DNA of 64,000 nt, taken from positions 186,001-250,000 of the IMG/VR virus record IMGVR_UViG_3300034358_000008, one strand, 5' to 3'. Of this stretch, positions 37,391 through 47,533 are shown one piece after another. The stretch's first letter is position 1; every line of letters starts with the position of its first letter. The notes beneath the pieces were generated by a model, which did no database searches, was not told the origin of the DNA, and saw nothing but the letters and a program-made list of their open reading frames with translations. Position numbers and translations under genes: made by a program.

Positions 37391-40300
37391 ATGGCTGATC
37401 CAAAAAAAGCTGGTATGATCTCGGGCATGTCGCCCCTTGCAATCATCACTGGTGATGAGCTGATGGAAGTCTCCTCGCGTCAAAGCGATGGGACTTGGAA
37501 AACGTTTTCCATTCTGATCAACAAGATCCGTACCAACCAAGGTCTCTCTGCCTATGAAGTAGCTGTGAAGAACGGTTACCAAGGCACAGAAGTCGAGTGG
37601 TTGGATACGCTGAATGGTAAGTCGGCATATGAACTTGCCGTAGAGCTAGGCTTTACCGGCACTGAAGCACAATGGCTGAAGACCCTCGTCGGTGAATCCG
37701 CTTACGATGAAGCTGTAGATCAAGGCTTCCCCGGTACCGAAGCTGAATGGCTGGCGTCTCTAGTTGGTAAGTCCGCCTTTGAAATTGCTAAGGCTAACGG
37801 CTTCGTGGGCACACAAGTTGAATGGCTTGCAAGTCTGAAAGGCCACTCGGCTTATCAGATCGCCAAAGAAATTGATCCAACTGTAGGTACTGAGGCTGAA
37901 TGGCTCCAGACTTTGGTTGGTGCTTCTGCTTACCAAACAGCTGTGGATAAAGGTTTCGTTGGTACAGAAGCTGCTTGGTTGGATTCCCTCAAAGGTAAGT
38001 CCGCTTATCAGATCTGGGTTGCCTCGGGTAACAGTGGTACTGAAGCTGACTTCATCGCTTCGCTGAAAGGTGAAGACGGTACCGACGGTGATGATGGCGA
38101 ATCTGCTTATGCGCTGTGGGAAGCTATCCCGGCTAACGCAGGTAAAACAGAAGCCGAGTTCCTCGATTCCCTTAAAGGGAAGGATGGTACTAATGGCACC
38201 AACGGTAACGACGGTGAGTCGGCCTATGAGGTCTGGGAATCTCTTCCTGGGAACGCAGGTAAGACCGAAGTTGACTTCATCGTTAGTCTGAAAGGCCAAG
38301 ATGGTACCAACGGTACCGATGGCACAAACGGAACAGATGGTGAATCCGCTTACGAAGTTTGGGAAGGTCTTCCAGGCAATACTGGTAAAACACCACAAGA
38401 GTTTATTAACTCTCTGCGTGGCACCAATGGTACTAACGGTACCAATGGCGCAACCGGTAAGTCTGCTTATGAAGTGTGGCTCCTGCAAGCTGGTAATGCC
38501 GGTAAGACAGAAGCTGAGTTCATTGCCAGCTTGAAAGGTACAGACGGCACTAACGGAACCAATGGTACTAATGGTGCAGCTGGTAAATCGGCTTACGAGA
38601 TTTGGGTAGCACTACCAGCTAACGCCGGTAAGACCGAACAACAGTTCTTGGATAGCCTTGTTGGTAAATCTGCTTACGCTGAATGGTTGGCACTGGGTAA
38701 CACCGGTGATACCTCTGCATTCTTGCTGTCTCTGAAAGGTGACCGCGGGGCGCAAGGCGACTCGGCTTATCAAGTATGGTTGGCGGCTGGTAATACTGGT
38801 TCGCAAGCTGTTTACTTGGCATCCCTCAAAGGTAGTGATGGTGAGAATGGTACTGACGGCACCGATGGTGCTGCTGGTAAACCAATCACTGTGTTGGACG
38901 AATTGACCCAAGCTGAATTCGATCAGATCGTATCGGAAGGTACTTCTGCAACCGCTGATGCTTACTGGGTAGGTGACTTCATCTACGTTTACAACGGTAC
39001 TGACTGGGTTCAATCCCCGAACGTTCGTGGTAAAGATGGTAAAGGTCTGAACTATCTGGGTGAATGGCCAGGTAACCTCTCGCTGCCTTTGGGTAGCAAC
39101 TACGTAGCTGGCGACACTTACGTTTGGGGTCAAGACAACCTGAACAAATCCCTGTGGACTTTGGTTGAAGAACCGACTCGCGCTTGGGTTGATATCGGTG
39201 TTCCAGGTCCTAAGGGTGATTCCGCTTACCAAACTTGGTTGGGTCTGCCTGGCAATGCCGGTAAAACACAGCAAGAATTTATCGACTCTATCAAGGGCGA
39301 TAAAGGTGATGATGGTGACATCGGTCCTATTGGTAAGTCGGCATACGTGTTGGCTCAAGAGGAAGGCTTCGTAGGTACTGTTGAAGAGTACGTCGAATCC
39401 CTGCATGGTCAATCTGCTTATCAGACTTGGGAAGAACAAGCTGGTAACGCTGGTAAAACCGAAGCGGAATTCATCGCTAGCCTGAAAGGCGCTAAAGGTG
39501 ATGCCGCTGCTGCATTTGAGATCATCGATCAGCTGACCAACATCTCTCAGTTGCCACGTCCGGGTGATGCTACTCGTGCTTACTACGTTAACAAAGATCT
39601 CTACGTTTGGTTCACTGCTAAAGACGACTATGAGAACCTCGGTTCTCTGGACGGCGCTTCGGCATACCAAGTTTGGCTGGATCTGGGTAACACTGGTACT
39701 GCACAAGACTTCATCAATAGCCTGAAGGGCACTAACGGTACCAATGGTACTAACGGCGCATCTGCCTACGATACTTACAAAGCCCTTCCGGGTAATGCAA
39801 GTAAGACTGAGGCTGAATTCATCGCCTCTCTCAAAGGTACTGATGGGACAAACGGTACCAATGGTACTAACGGTAAGTCTGCTTACGAGCTGGCTGTAGC
39901 TGGTGGTTACGTTGGGACTGAAGCTGCTTGGATTGCTTCGCTCAAAGGTAAGAACCTGCAAGTGAATGGTACTCAGGCTAACGCTGCTGCTATTCAAGCA
40001 CTACCTACCCCTGCTAACCAAGATGCTTGGGTTGCTAACGATACCGGTAACCTGTGGATCTATGCTACCTCTGCTTGGATCGATGCTGGTCTTTTCCGTG
40101 GTGCTAAAGGTACAGACGGTACTAATGGCCAATCGGCCTATGAACTCTACAAAGCTCAACCGGGTAACTCTGGTAAGACTGAAGCTGAGTTCTTGGCTTC
40201 GCTGAAGGGCACCAATGGTACTAACGGTACCAATGGCACGAACGTAAAAGTTCTGGGCTCTAAGGCTAACCTTGCTGCTATCCAAGCTTTGCCAACTCCT

Positions 40301-41746
40301 GCACAACAGGATGCTTGGACTGCTCTGGATACACTGCACCTGTACATGTACATCGGTGCTGCTTGGGTGGACCTCGGTTCGTTCAAAGGTGACAAGGGCG
40401 ATCAAGGTATCCAAGGTCCTGCTGGTCAAGGTATCAACATCGTAAGTACAGTCACTCTGTTGGCTGACCGTCCACTGGCTTCTACCCTGAATCCAGGTGA
40501 TGCTGTTTACGTTGAAGCTACTGGTTCCCTGTACCAAGTGAACGATGCACACGTCTATGGCGTAGGTATTCCGATCCGTGGTCTGAAAGGCGACAAAGGT
40601 GATCAGGGTAACCAAGGTGTGATGGGTCCTGGTATTACCATCCAAGGTTCCTACGCTACCGCTGCTGCTCTGATTGCAGCGCATCCTACCGGTTCTCCGG
40701 GTGAAGCTTACACTGTTGGTTCTAACCTGTACCTGTACGGTGTTAACCCTGTTGGCGGCGCTACTGAGTGGTATAATGCCGGTCAGTTCAAAGGTGACAA
40801 GGGTGATAAAGGCGACATTGGTAACCGTGGTCTTCCGGGTGATAAAGGCGTTAAGGGTGATCGCGGTTCGCTGTGGCTCAACCTTGGCTCTACTGCTGCT
40901 CCGACTCCGACTTACGGTACCGTAGGCGATTGGGCTATCACCACTGACTTCATTACTTACTACAAGGATGAAGGCGCTGGTTGGGTTCGTATTGGTCCAA
41001 TGGTTCCAGGTGGTATCTCCTCGCCTGCAATCGGTCTCGGTAAAGTTGTCCGTGAGGGCGACAACTGGGTAGCATTGCCAGTGGACGAAGTTACTTCTCC
41101 AGTACTCGACACACAGTACGTCCGTAAGGGTATTGCTGGTGGTAAGACTGTCTGGGCTGTACTGAGCGTTCCTGCTGCTGGTATCCCAGAAGTACCGGGC
41201 TCCACTGTTATCCCACAAGGTCGTACTTCGGCTGGCTGGGTATCGGTAATTGCTCTGCCGACTGGTCAAACAGCTGGTAAGCAATACGTTTGGAAAGATG
41301 GTGCTTTCGCCCTGTCTCCAATCCAAGTAGCTGCTGCTCCGGGTACAGTTGGTAAGGTATACGGTTACAGTGTCGATGGTAGTGGTGTTGGTTCGTGGGC
41401 AGACATGACCCTCGACTCCTACAACCTGCTGGCTGACGCCGCTCCACGTACCACCAGTTTCACTGTGAACCCAGCTACCCAGAACTGCTACTCTGTTTCT
41501 GGTACTACCGCTGGTATCGTAGTGACCTTGCCTAAGTTGGCTACCGGTCGTTCGATGATGTGTGTATTTACCGTAGTGGGTGCAACTAACAAGTTGACCT
41601 TCGCTGCTGGTACTGGTGCACCTACCGTCGCATACAACGGTAACACTGCTGCTGTTGACATTGAATACGGTGCTTCTTCGACCGTGCTCACTGCCTTCTA
41701 CAATGGTATCAACACTTGGATCATCTCCAAGGGTCCTGCTTACTAA
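37391..41746 (+). CDS. Long collagen-like fibre protein (phiKZ gp145/146 position)
   Basis: About 21 SA(Y/F) repeat units, G-X-Y collagen tracts, and globular spacer and C-terminal domains. Confidence 0.85.
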   Translation: MADPKKAGMISGMSPLAIITGDELMEVSSRQSDGTWKTFSILINKIRTNQGLSAYEVAVKNGYQGTEVEWLDTLNGKSAYELAVELGFTGTEAQWLKTLVGESAYDEAVDQGFPGTEAEWLASLVGKSAFEIAKANGFVGTQVEWLASLKGHSAYQIAKEIDPTVGTEAEWLQTLVGASAYQTAVDKGFVGTEAAWLDSLKGKSAYQIWVASGNSGTEADFIASLKGEDGTDGDDGESAYALWEAIPANAGKTEAEFLDSLKGKDGTNGTNGNDGESAYEVWESLPGNAGKTEVDFIVSLKGQDGTNGTDGTNGTDGESAYEVWEGLPGNTGKTPQEFINSLRGTNGTNGTNGATGKSAYEVWLLQAGNAGKTEAEFIASLKGTDGTNGTNGTNGAAGKSAYEIWVALPANAGKTEQQFLDSLVGKSAYAEWLALGNTGDTSAFLLSLKGDRGAQGDSAYQVWLAAGNTGSQAVYLASLKGSDGENGTDGTDGAAGKPITVLDELTQAEFDQIVSEGTSATADAYWVGDFIYVYNGTDWVQSPNVRGKDGKGLNYLGEWPGNLSLPLGSNYVAGDTYVWGQDNLNKSLWTLVEEPTRAWVDIGVPGPKGDSAYQTWLGLPGNAGKTQQEFIDSIKGDKGDDGDIGPIGKSAYVLAQEEGFVGTVEEYVESLHGQSAYQTWEEQAGNAGKTEAEFIASLKGAKGDAAAAFEIIDQLTNISQLPRPGDATRAYYVNKDLYVWFTAKDDYENLGSLDGASAYQVWLDLGNTGTAQDFINSLKGTNGTNGTNGASAYDTYKALPGNASKTEAEFIASLKGTDGTNGTNGTNGKSAYELAVAGGYVGTEAAWIASLKGKNLQVNGTQANAAAIQALPTPANQDAWVANDTGNLWIYATSAWIDAGLFRGAKGTDGTNGQSAYELYKAQPGNSGKTEAEFLASLKGTNGTNGTNGTNVKVLGSKANLAAIQALPTPAQQDAWTALDTLHLYMYIGAAWVDLGSFKGDKGDQGIQGPAGQGINIVSTVTLLADRPLASTLNPGDAVYVEATGSLYQVNDAHVYGVGIPIRGLKGDKGDQGNQGVMGPGITIQGSYATAAALIAAHPTGSPGEAYTVGSNLYLYGVNPVGGATEWYNAGQFKGDKGDKGDIGNRGLPGDKGVKGDRGSLWLNLGSTAAPTPTYGTVGDWAITTDFITYYKDEGAGWVRIGPMVPGGISSPAIGLGKVVREGDNWVALPVDEVTSPVLDTQYVRKGIAGGKTVWAVLSVPAAGIPEVPGSTVIPQGRTSAGWVSVIALPTGQTAGKQYVWKDGAFALSPIQVAAAPGTVGKVYGYSVDGSGVGSWADMTLDSYNLLADAAPRTTSFTVNPATQNCYSVSGTTAGIVVTLPKLATGRSMMCVFTVVGATNKLTFAAGTGAPTVAYNGNTAAVDIEYGASSTVLTAFYNGINTWIISKGPAY
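37541..40240 (+). repeat. Coding tandem repeats G-x-SAY...G.E..(W/F)..SL.G with GTN tracts
   Basis: Visible in both translation and DNA (ggtactaacggtaccaat units). Confidence 0.85.
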
Positions 41747-41755
41747 CTGAAGCGT

Positions 41756-41790
41756 CATAAAGCCCCTCCTTTAACGGGAGGGGTCTTATG
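41756..41790. terminator. CATA...TATG hairpin between convergent genes
   Basis: GCCCCTCC/GGAGGGGT stem. Confidence 0.75.
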
Positions 41791-41793
41791 TCG

Positions 41794-42576
41794 TTAATCG
41801 CTTAACTCTTGTGCAATCCGTTCTTCATCAGTTAACCACTTCTCTTCACGAGTACCGCCGTGAACGTTAAGAATACTGAAGTACTTTGCATCAATGAACT
41901 CGAAGTCCATGTGAATCAGCTTCTCTCTGCGGAAAGCATTCAGCACTTGCTTCTTAGCATCAATAGACATCTCACTAACGTCAGCTTCAAAGATCTTAGG
42001 AGCAATGAAGTTGAAACAGTTAATACGAATTTTACCAAGCTCAATCGCGTGAGTCTTGATCCATTCAGGGAACTCGTACATAATGGCAGCAGCAAAGTTC
42101 TCATTCAAGAACTGTGGCGTAACTTCAATCATTGGTACACTGATCAATTCGATCACTGTAGATTGACCGTAGAGTTCATGCATGATGTCACGAAGCCATT
42201 CGATCATGTTAGAATCAAAGTCGTATGGCCAGTAGTTAATGGTTAGACCAACCTGATCATCAGCATCACCCATCTGATTCATTCGGTTGATATGGTCATC
42301 AGCTAATAGACGAATAATGAATGGTGTGATACCCGAGCGTACGGAAGCAGCAATAGTCGCCATGGTGTTCTCGCCACCACGTTGAGCATAGGCTTCAGCA
42401 AACATTTCATTACTAATCAAACCACCAGTCATTCGATCCCAGAAATCGTTCTCACGAGTCCAGTAGTGATCGCCACTCACAAGCACTCTGGCAGCGTCTT
42501 GGTTCAATCTTGCAATGGTACCAAGGCGAGTGTCTAAATGAGCGTCTAGGGGTGTTAGGATTCGTTTAAGGCCCAT
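41794..42576 (-). CDS. Conserved phiKZ-like hypothetical protein
   Basis: LDAHLDTRLGT N-terminal motif; TAATG coupling. Confidence 0.75.
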   Translation of the reverse strand: MGLKRILTPLDAHLDTRLGTIARLNQDAARVLVSGDHYWTRENDFWDRMTGGLISNEMFAEAYAQRGGENTMATIAASVRSGITPFIIRLLADDHINRMNQMGDADDQVGLTINYWPYDFDSNMIEWLRDIMHELYGQSTVIELISVPMIEVTPQFLNENFAAAIMYEFPEWIKTHAIELGKIRINCFNFIAPKIFEADVSEMSIDAKKQVLNAFRREKLIHMDFEFIDAKYFSILNVHGGTREEKWLTDEERIAQELSD

Positions 42577-43046
42577 TACTTGCCTCCCTTAGTTGGTACC
42601 AGTGAAGCGAGGAACTGATTCACTACTCGCATGTTGGTTGCAGCGTACATTAAGAAGAATAACCAGTAGTTAGCCTTAAGGATAGTCTCTAGTTCTGAGT
42701 GTTCAGCAGCTTTGTCGATTGTCTCGTTATCTACGATGCCTGTGGCGTTGGTAAAGGGGACAAATGCAGGTACGAACCGTTTGATAGCCAAATCGATATC
42801 ATCGACACACTGAACAAATGTAGCGGTAGTAGCCATTAGCGTCTGAATATAGGAAGTCTTCTCCCGCAGTTTCTTCCAGACGTTGCTCTCTACGTATTTG
42901 TCAGCGAACATAATAAGATTCGTGTCGCCACGAATCTCAGTTATGATTGTTACCAAACCTTCGGCGTGCGCTTCATCCTCAGCATTGAACAATTCGTTCA
43001 ACGCCTCAACCAATGCTTCTTTTAGTTGGTTGTTGAGGTCTGACAT
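42576..43046 (-). CDS. Hypothetical protein
   Basis: Tightly packed in operon. Confidence 0.75.
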   Translation of the reverse strand: MSDLNNQLKEALVEALNELFNAEDEAHAEGLVTIITEIRGDTNLIMFADKYVESNVWKKLREKTSYIQTLMATTATFVQCVDDIDLAIKRFVPAFVPFTNATGIVDNETIDKAAEHSELETILKANYWLFFLMYAATNMRVVNQFLASLVPTKGGK

Positions 43047-43048
43047 TA

Positions 43049-43723
43049 TTACACCAAGTTGTTATTCAAATGTTGAGCCTTCAGATATACCGAAAGAGTC
43101 TTGTTAGACTTAACGGTAGAATCAAACTCAGTCATGATAGAGTTAGTGGATGCTTCACCTGTTTCCAGAATGGAGCGATTCATTGCAAGGTATGCCTCTT
43201 CATCACCACCACGACATTTGATCAACTCACGGATCATATCGAACAAACCTTTCGAGGCGTTAACCTGAAGCTCAGGAGCCGACAGACGAGCACCTTTAGA
43301 GTCACCGGTAGGTTGGCCTGTACGTTGGTCGATAATGTGGTTAGACGAAGGGATAGAAGCCTTCTTGACCAGCATCTGTACTTGACGACGGAAAGGAACG
43401 ATACCTACAAGGTGTTTGTTAGCTGTCCGATACGTTTGACCTGTTTGTGGGTCAGTCAAAATTACATGCTGAAACAAATCGTACTCGAGTTCATCAGCGA
43501 TCTCATAGTTACGATTCATGTTAAGAGTGTACTCTTGCAAGTTAGGTGCATAGAGAGCCATGATCTCTGCGTCAGTTTCTAATGCAACAATCCACTCTTC
43601 AAATTCTTTGTCGTTCATACCAGCGAACATGTCAATATAGACTTGATCGTTTGCAGAACCGGGAAGGAATTTACTAATGAAATAGATGGCTTCCTTCTCA
43701 GCCGCTTTTCTGTCGTTAGCCAT
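43049..43723 (-). CDS. Virion RNA polymerase beta subunit, C-terminal part (phiKZ gp149-like)
   Basis: RRQVQMLVKK; TGQPTGDSKGARLSAPE (rpoB QP..G...GG.R.GEME equivalent); RGGD. Confidence 0.85.
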   Translation of the reverse strand: MANDRKAAEKEAIYFISKFLPGSANDQVYIDMFAGMNDKEFEEWIVALETDAEIMALYAPNLQEYTLNMNRNYEIADELEYDLFQHVILTDPQTGQTYRTANKHLVGIVPFRRQVQMLVKKASIPSSNHIIDQRTGQPTGDSKGARLSAPELQVNASKGLFDMIRELIKCRGGDEEAYLAMNRSILETGEASTNSIMTEFDSTVKSNKTLSVYLKAQHLNNNLV

Positions 43724-43749
43724 GATAGCCTCCAGTTTAAGTCATACGA

Positions 43750-44067
43750 TTACAGACTCTTAGACTGGCCACTATAGATCTGTCCTGCCAAAGTGTCCGT
43801 ACAAGGTGGTAGACGCTTCTTGGAGATGAATGGAAAGATCTTGTTAAGGAATTGGTTATACCAACTTGGATAATCTTCCGTTACCAACAGACTTGAACGC
43901 AAGTCGATGGTGTTACCTGTGTACGCAGCTAAGGTACTATGAAAAAATGAATTCAGCTGTGCCACTGTATCACAAGGAGTCATACGACGATGAAGGTCCT
44001 CGGATAGTTCTACATCTTTGCCACGCAAAGAACAAATTAACTGCATTTTCAAATCGGTTTGGTTCAT
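43750..44067 (-). CDS. Hypothetical protein
   Basis: AGGA RBS; in operon. Confidence 0.65.
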   Translation of the reverse strand: MNQTDLKMQLICSLRGKDVELSEDLHRRMTPCDTVAQLNSFFHSTLAAYTGNTIDLRSSLLVTEDYPSWYNQFLNKIFPFISKKRLPPCTDTLAGQIYSGQSKSL

Positions 44068-44081
44068 TAAAGAAATCCTGT

Positions 44082-44429
44082 TTATTTTATCTCACCACGG
44101 TTTATAGTCTCCGTGTGCTTTTCTAAAAATTTGACAAGTAAGTGACGATGGCAGAACTTACCGGGTCGACAGTAACAGCCAACCGCCAATACTTCTATAT
44201 TAAATAGGTCATTGAAGTATTCTGGGTATTCGATTAAACGGGCTTCCAATAATGCATTGTAAGCTTTGGTGTACTCGTCCTCAGTCATACCGAAATGGCG
44301 ATAAGCAGTCAACAACTCCCAAGTGGGAGCTAACATCCAATCTCCCGACTTGATAGTGGTGTCCATATAGAACACCCCTAATGCCTTTACTTTACGCCAG
44401 TTGGCTAACTGATACGTGTACACTTCCAT
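44082..44429 (-). CDS. DUF488-like protein
   Basis: LAPTWELL; CYC...FCHRHLL. Confidence 0.75.
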   Translation of the reverse strand: MEVYTYQLANWRKVKALGVFYMDTTIKSGDWMLAPTWELLTAYRHFGMTEDEYTKAYNALLEARLIEYPEYFNDLFNIEVLAVGCYCRPGKFCHRHLLVKFLEKHTETINRGEIK

Positions 44430-44953
44430 CAGATGCTAGCCACTGTTAAAGTGTCTTCGTAATCGTCTTCTGTGAGAGGTTGTCCACCAGCTAAACGCCG
44501 TTTGGCTTCAGCAGTGACTTCTTGGAACACGACGTTAAATTCATCATGATCCATCTCACTGATAGCACCTACGTGTTGTCGCCCACAAGGTCGTGAGAGA
44601 CCGCCATCTCTGATACCACTGAAGTTAACTTTAGGCAAGGCATTCATGAAAGATTCTTTTGCAGGCTTAGTCACCAGAAGGGGCTGACCATTCACATCCA
44701 ACATTACATCACCTGCGCGATGCAAGAATATCCAGTTACCATTGACATCCCTTTGGATTTGCCCTAACTCATTTAGTTTGTGGACATCCCTCATGTAGCG
44801 TGCGTACTCTGGAGACTTATCAGCATTCTCAAATTGAATACTACCTACAGTCACCCCACCAATCTTTTCACCATTCATATCTCTCTCCAATTGACTACCT
44901 TTAGCTGGTGGAGTAATCATAATGCATCCACCAGCACCGACTTCTAGAATCAT
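44429..44953 (-). CDS. Hypothetical protein
   Basis: TGATG coupling to the DUF488 gene. Confidence 0.65.
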   Translation of the reverse strand: MILEVGAGGCIMITPPAKGSQLERDMNGEKIGGVTVGSIQFENADKSPEYARYMRDVHKLNELGQIQRDVNGNWIFLHRAGDVMLDVNGQPLLVTKPAKESFMNALPKVNFSGIRDGGLSRPCGRQHVGAISEMDHDEFNVVFQEVTAEAKRRLAGGQPLTEDDYEDTLTVASI

Positions 44954-45016
44954 TTAAAGGTGACCTTCTTAGCGTTAGTTAAGTCCGCACCTGAGTGCGG
45001 ATCTATGTCAGTGTTA

Positions 45017-46471
45017 TCAGGCAGCTTTCTTTTCGCCAGCAAGGCCTTTAGCAAGAGCGAGAGGAGTAATTTTGGCTTTATCTGCATCAGACATCCAGTA
45101 TGGTTTATAATCGCCAGTACGCATGCGTAGGAGATCGTAGGTGGAAAGGAACTTCTTCCGATCAGAATGCTCGTCTTCTGCACACATCCAGTAACCACGA
45201 GTATCACTCAGGATGAATTCCCAGTCATAACCCATAGCCTTCAGATCATCGTACAATGTCTTAGGATCACATACTTGCTCAGCAGTCCAACGTTGGAACA
45301 TGATCAGTTGCAGGAGTTCCGATTGGATCTCTACAGCACGCCGCAATGGACCAGAATCATCAAGCTTCTTACGCACGGTGGTACGAGTCAGTTTGATATC
45401 AGGACACAGTTCAACGTAGTAGTTCTGCAAGTTACCACCAATACCCCACGATGCTTCTTTGCAATAGTGGAACTCGGAGAGCGATGGGAGCAGACCTTCT
45501 GTTTGAGAAACGATCAGGTTGAAAGGCAGACCAGTAATACCACCTTTACCACGCAGGTTCTTGATCTCGAGAATACGGAGGTCAGAGTCACCCTGGATAG
45601 CGGTAGAGTTATCCAGTGGGTAGATAGGCATCTTATCTTTGTTCAGCAACACCTTGTTGGACATGATGTCCCAGACGTTGTTAGGCAAAGAATAGAAACC
45701 AGACGATACACCTTTAAGCACGGTATCTTTCTTCATTTCAGAAAGGTTACGCTTATCAGTAGGGTACATCTCCATCTGGATGATATCACCAACGTGTGCA
45801 GTCAGGATCATGTAAGTACCAGTCTTGGCACATACCTGAGGCAGTTGGTTAAACAGTTGGTTCTTCGCCTTGCCGTTCATCATTGCATCAGTGTTGTTAC
45901 CAGAAGCGCCGATGGCGTTCTTCTCGTACATGTCCGATACAGCGGTAACGATAAACTTGGAGAAGCTATCGATGAAACCAGTCGTTGGATACAAGCATTG
46001 ACGAGGAGCACCATGCATATCCAAGAATGGTGTAGTACGCATGTTAGACTTCGCATCTTTCTCTTTCTCACCAAGAGCTTTACGGAAGATACTGAAGAAT
46101 TCATCACCGGTATAACGAGACAAGTCGGTGAATACAAACTGATCATCGTTTTCCCAATCTACACTACGAATCTCTTCAATGGACTTAGCCAGAGAACTGA
46201 AACGAGCTACTGGGTTAAGCGTACCCTCAGTATCGTAGATCAATGCAGAACTGCCGGGAAAGGCACGACGGATCATAGCGAGCATGTACACGCCAAGAGC
46301 GGTCTTAAAGTTGTTAGGGCGTGAAGCGATACCAGTCAGTGACCCTAGGCCACCGTTCATGATCATCTCTCCGTGTTGACCCTGTTCATATTTACCTGTT
46401 GGAATATCCATCATGCACCCGATGTTCAGGGCAGGACGAAAGGCAGGTCGTTCAAAATGGTTTGCAAACAT
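45017..46471 (-). CDS. uvsX: UvsX/RecA-like recombinase (phiKZ gp152-like)
   Basis: RPALNIG; SRPNNFKT Walker A; YDTE; IDSFS Walker B; RGKGG. Confidence 0.85.
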   Translation of the reverse strand: MFANHFERPAFRPALNIGCMMDIPTGKYEQGQHGEMIMNGGLGSLTGIASRPNNFKTALGVYMLAMIRRAFPGSSALIYDTEGTLNPVARFSSLAKSIEEIRSVDWENDDQFVFTDLSRYTGDEFFSIFRKALGEKEKDAKSNMRTTPFLDMHGAPRQCLYPTTGFIDSFSKFIVTAVSDMYEKNAIGASGNNTDAMMNGKAKNQLFNQLPQVCAKTGTYMILTAHVGDIIQMEMYPTDKRNLSEMKKDTVLKGVSSGFYSLPNNVWDIMSNKVLLNKDKMPIYPLDNSTAIQGDSDLRILEIKNLRGKGGITGLPFNLIVSQTEGLLPSLSEFHYCKEASWGIGGNLQNYYVELCPDIKLTRTTVRKKLDDSGPLRRAVEIQSELLQLIMFQRWTAEQVCDPKTLYDDLKAMGYDWEFILSDTRGYWMCAEDEHSDRKKFLSTYDLLRMRTGDYKPYWMSDADKAKITPLALAKGLAGEKKAA

Positions 46472-46576
46472 TTTTGATTCCTTGGTTGGATGGGAACATC
46501 ACTTCATTGGGTTCGTGTGTAATTTTATGTTTACAGTGTCGCGACTGTTTCTTAAACATTTATAAGGTACCTTAAA

Positions 46577-47491
46577 ATGAAATTCGGAATTTTTGACCAA
46601 TACGTAGATCGCTCGTCCAATGAGAACATTACACCTGATTGGGATCTACCCGCAGAGTCTACTGCTGAACCTCTGCAAATTAACGAATCACCGTCTGAGC
46701 AACTCTTCACTGAACTGGGGACTATCTCTAACGAAGCTATGGTTATGGGTAACATCTCTAAGTACTTCGGTCGTAAGGTAGATGGCTTGAGCGTATCGAT
46801 TCAAGAAGGCTTCAAGTACCTGACCACGTACAACTACGATCCAATGGAAACCCTGCATCCAGCAAACCTTTCAACCTTCACTGGTAGCTTGGATTTCTTG
46901 GACCATGAGAGTTTGTCTGTGCCCCAACCAAACGGTCTTAAGGGTGAGATCCTCCCACTGACCGCAATGCTCGTAGACCACGCTAAGATCATGCAGAAGG
47001 TACTGACTGAAGTAATCCGTCCAGCTACTTCCCGCTTTGGTCATTACCTGTCTGTGCCATTCGACCGTGCTGAACGTCGTGACTTTGAATTCGGTGTACA
47101 CATCGGTGATGATCGTGATCGTCTAGTATCGGAAGAGTCTAAACACTTCACTGGTAACCGTGCTGCTCAGACCACTCTGGGTAAAGTGTTCAACTCGTTC
47201 ACTGACTTCGTAGAAGCAGAACGTAACATGCAACAGATCAACACCATGTTGAATGGTGGTGGTACCGAGGATGTGAAGAAAGCTGTTAATGCTCTCTCGC
47301 AGACCGCTGGTGCATTGATTCGTCGGATGTCTGAAGAGAAGGTAACTAACTCTAACGAATTCGCTAAGATGGTTGCTGATCAACTGTCTGAAGTAGGTCG
47401 TTGGGTTGAGTGGTACGCTGCTCAGATGACACGAATCATCGAGACCAACAACGTACTGGCTGAAATCGAGAAGGCTATCCTGAAGCTGTAA
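46577..47491 (+). CDS. Virion head protein (phiKZ gp153-like)
   Basis: Acidic propeptide with SNE sites; synteny. Confidence 0.7.
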   Translation: MKFGIFDQYVDRSSNENITPDWDLPAESTAEPLQINESPSEQLFTELGTISNEAMVMGNISKYFGRKVDGLSVSIQEGFKYLTTYNYDPMETLHPANLSTFTGSLDFLDHESLSVPQPNGLKGEILPLTAMLVDHAKIMQKVLTEVIRPATSRFGHYLSVPFDRAERRDFEFGVHIGDDRDRLVSEESKHFTGNRAAQTTLGKVFNSFTDFVEAERNMQQINTMLNGGGTEDVKKAVNALSQTAGALIRRMSEEKVTNSNEFAKMVADQLSEVGRWVEWYAAQMTRIIETNNVLAEIEKAILKL

Positions 47492-47496
47492 CACGC

Positions 47497-47530
47497 CATA
47501 GAGCCCCTGCCTAAGCGCAGGGGCAATATG
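47497..47530. terminator. CATA...TATG hairpin between convergent genes
   Basis: GCCCCTGC/GCAGGGGC stem. Confidence 0.75.
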
Positions 47531-47533
47531 TCA

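Noticed and set aside
38080-40240. CRISPR-like or non-coding repeat array
   Set aside because: The repeats are in-frame, degenerate at third codon positions, and encode collagen-like fibre units.
44950-45207. 85-aa ORF overlapping the uvsX 3' end
   Set aside because: It is an alternative frame with no RBS that runs through an intergenic hairpin. Nothing supports a frameshift product.
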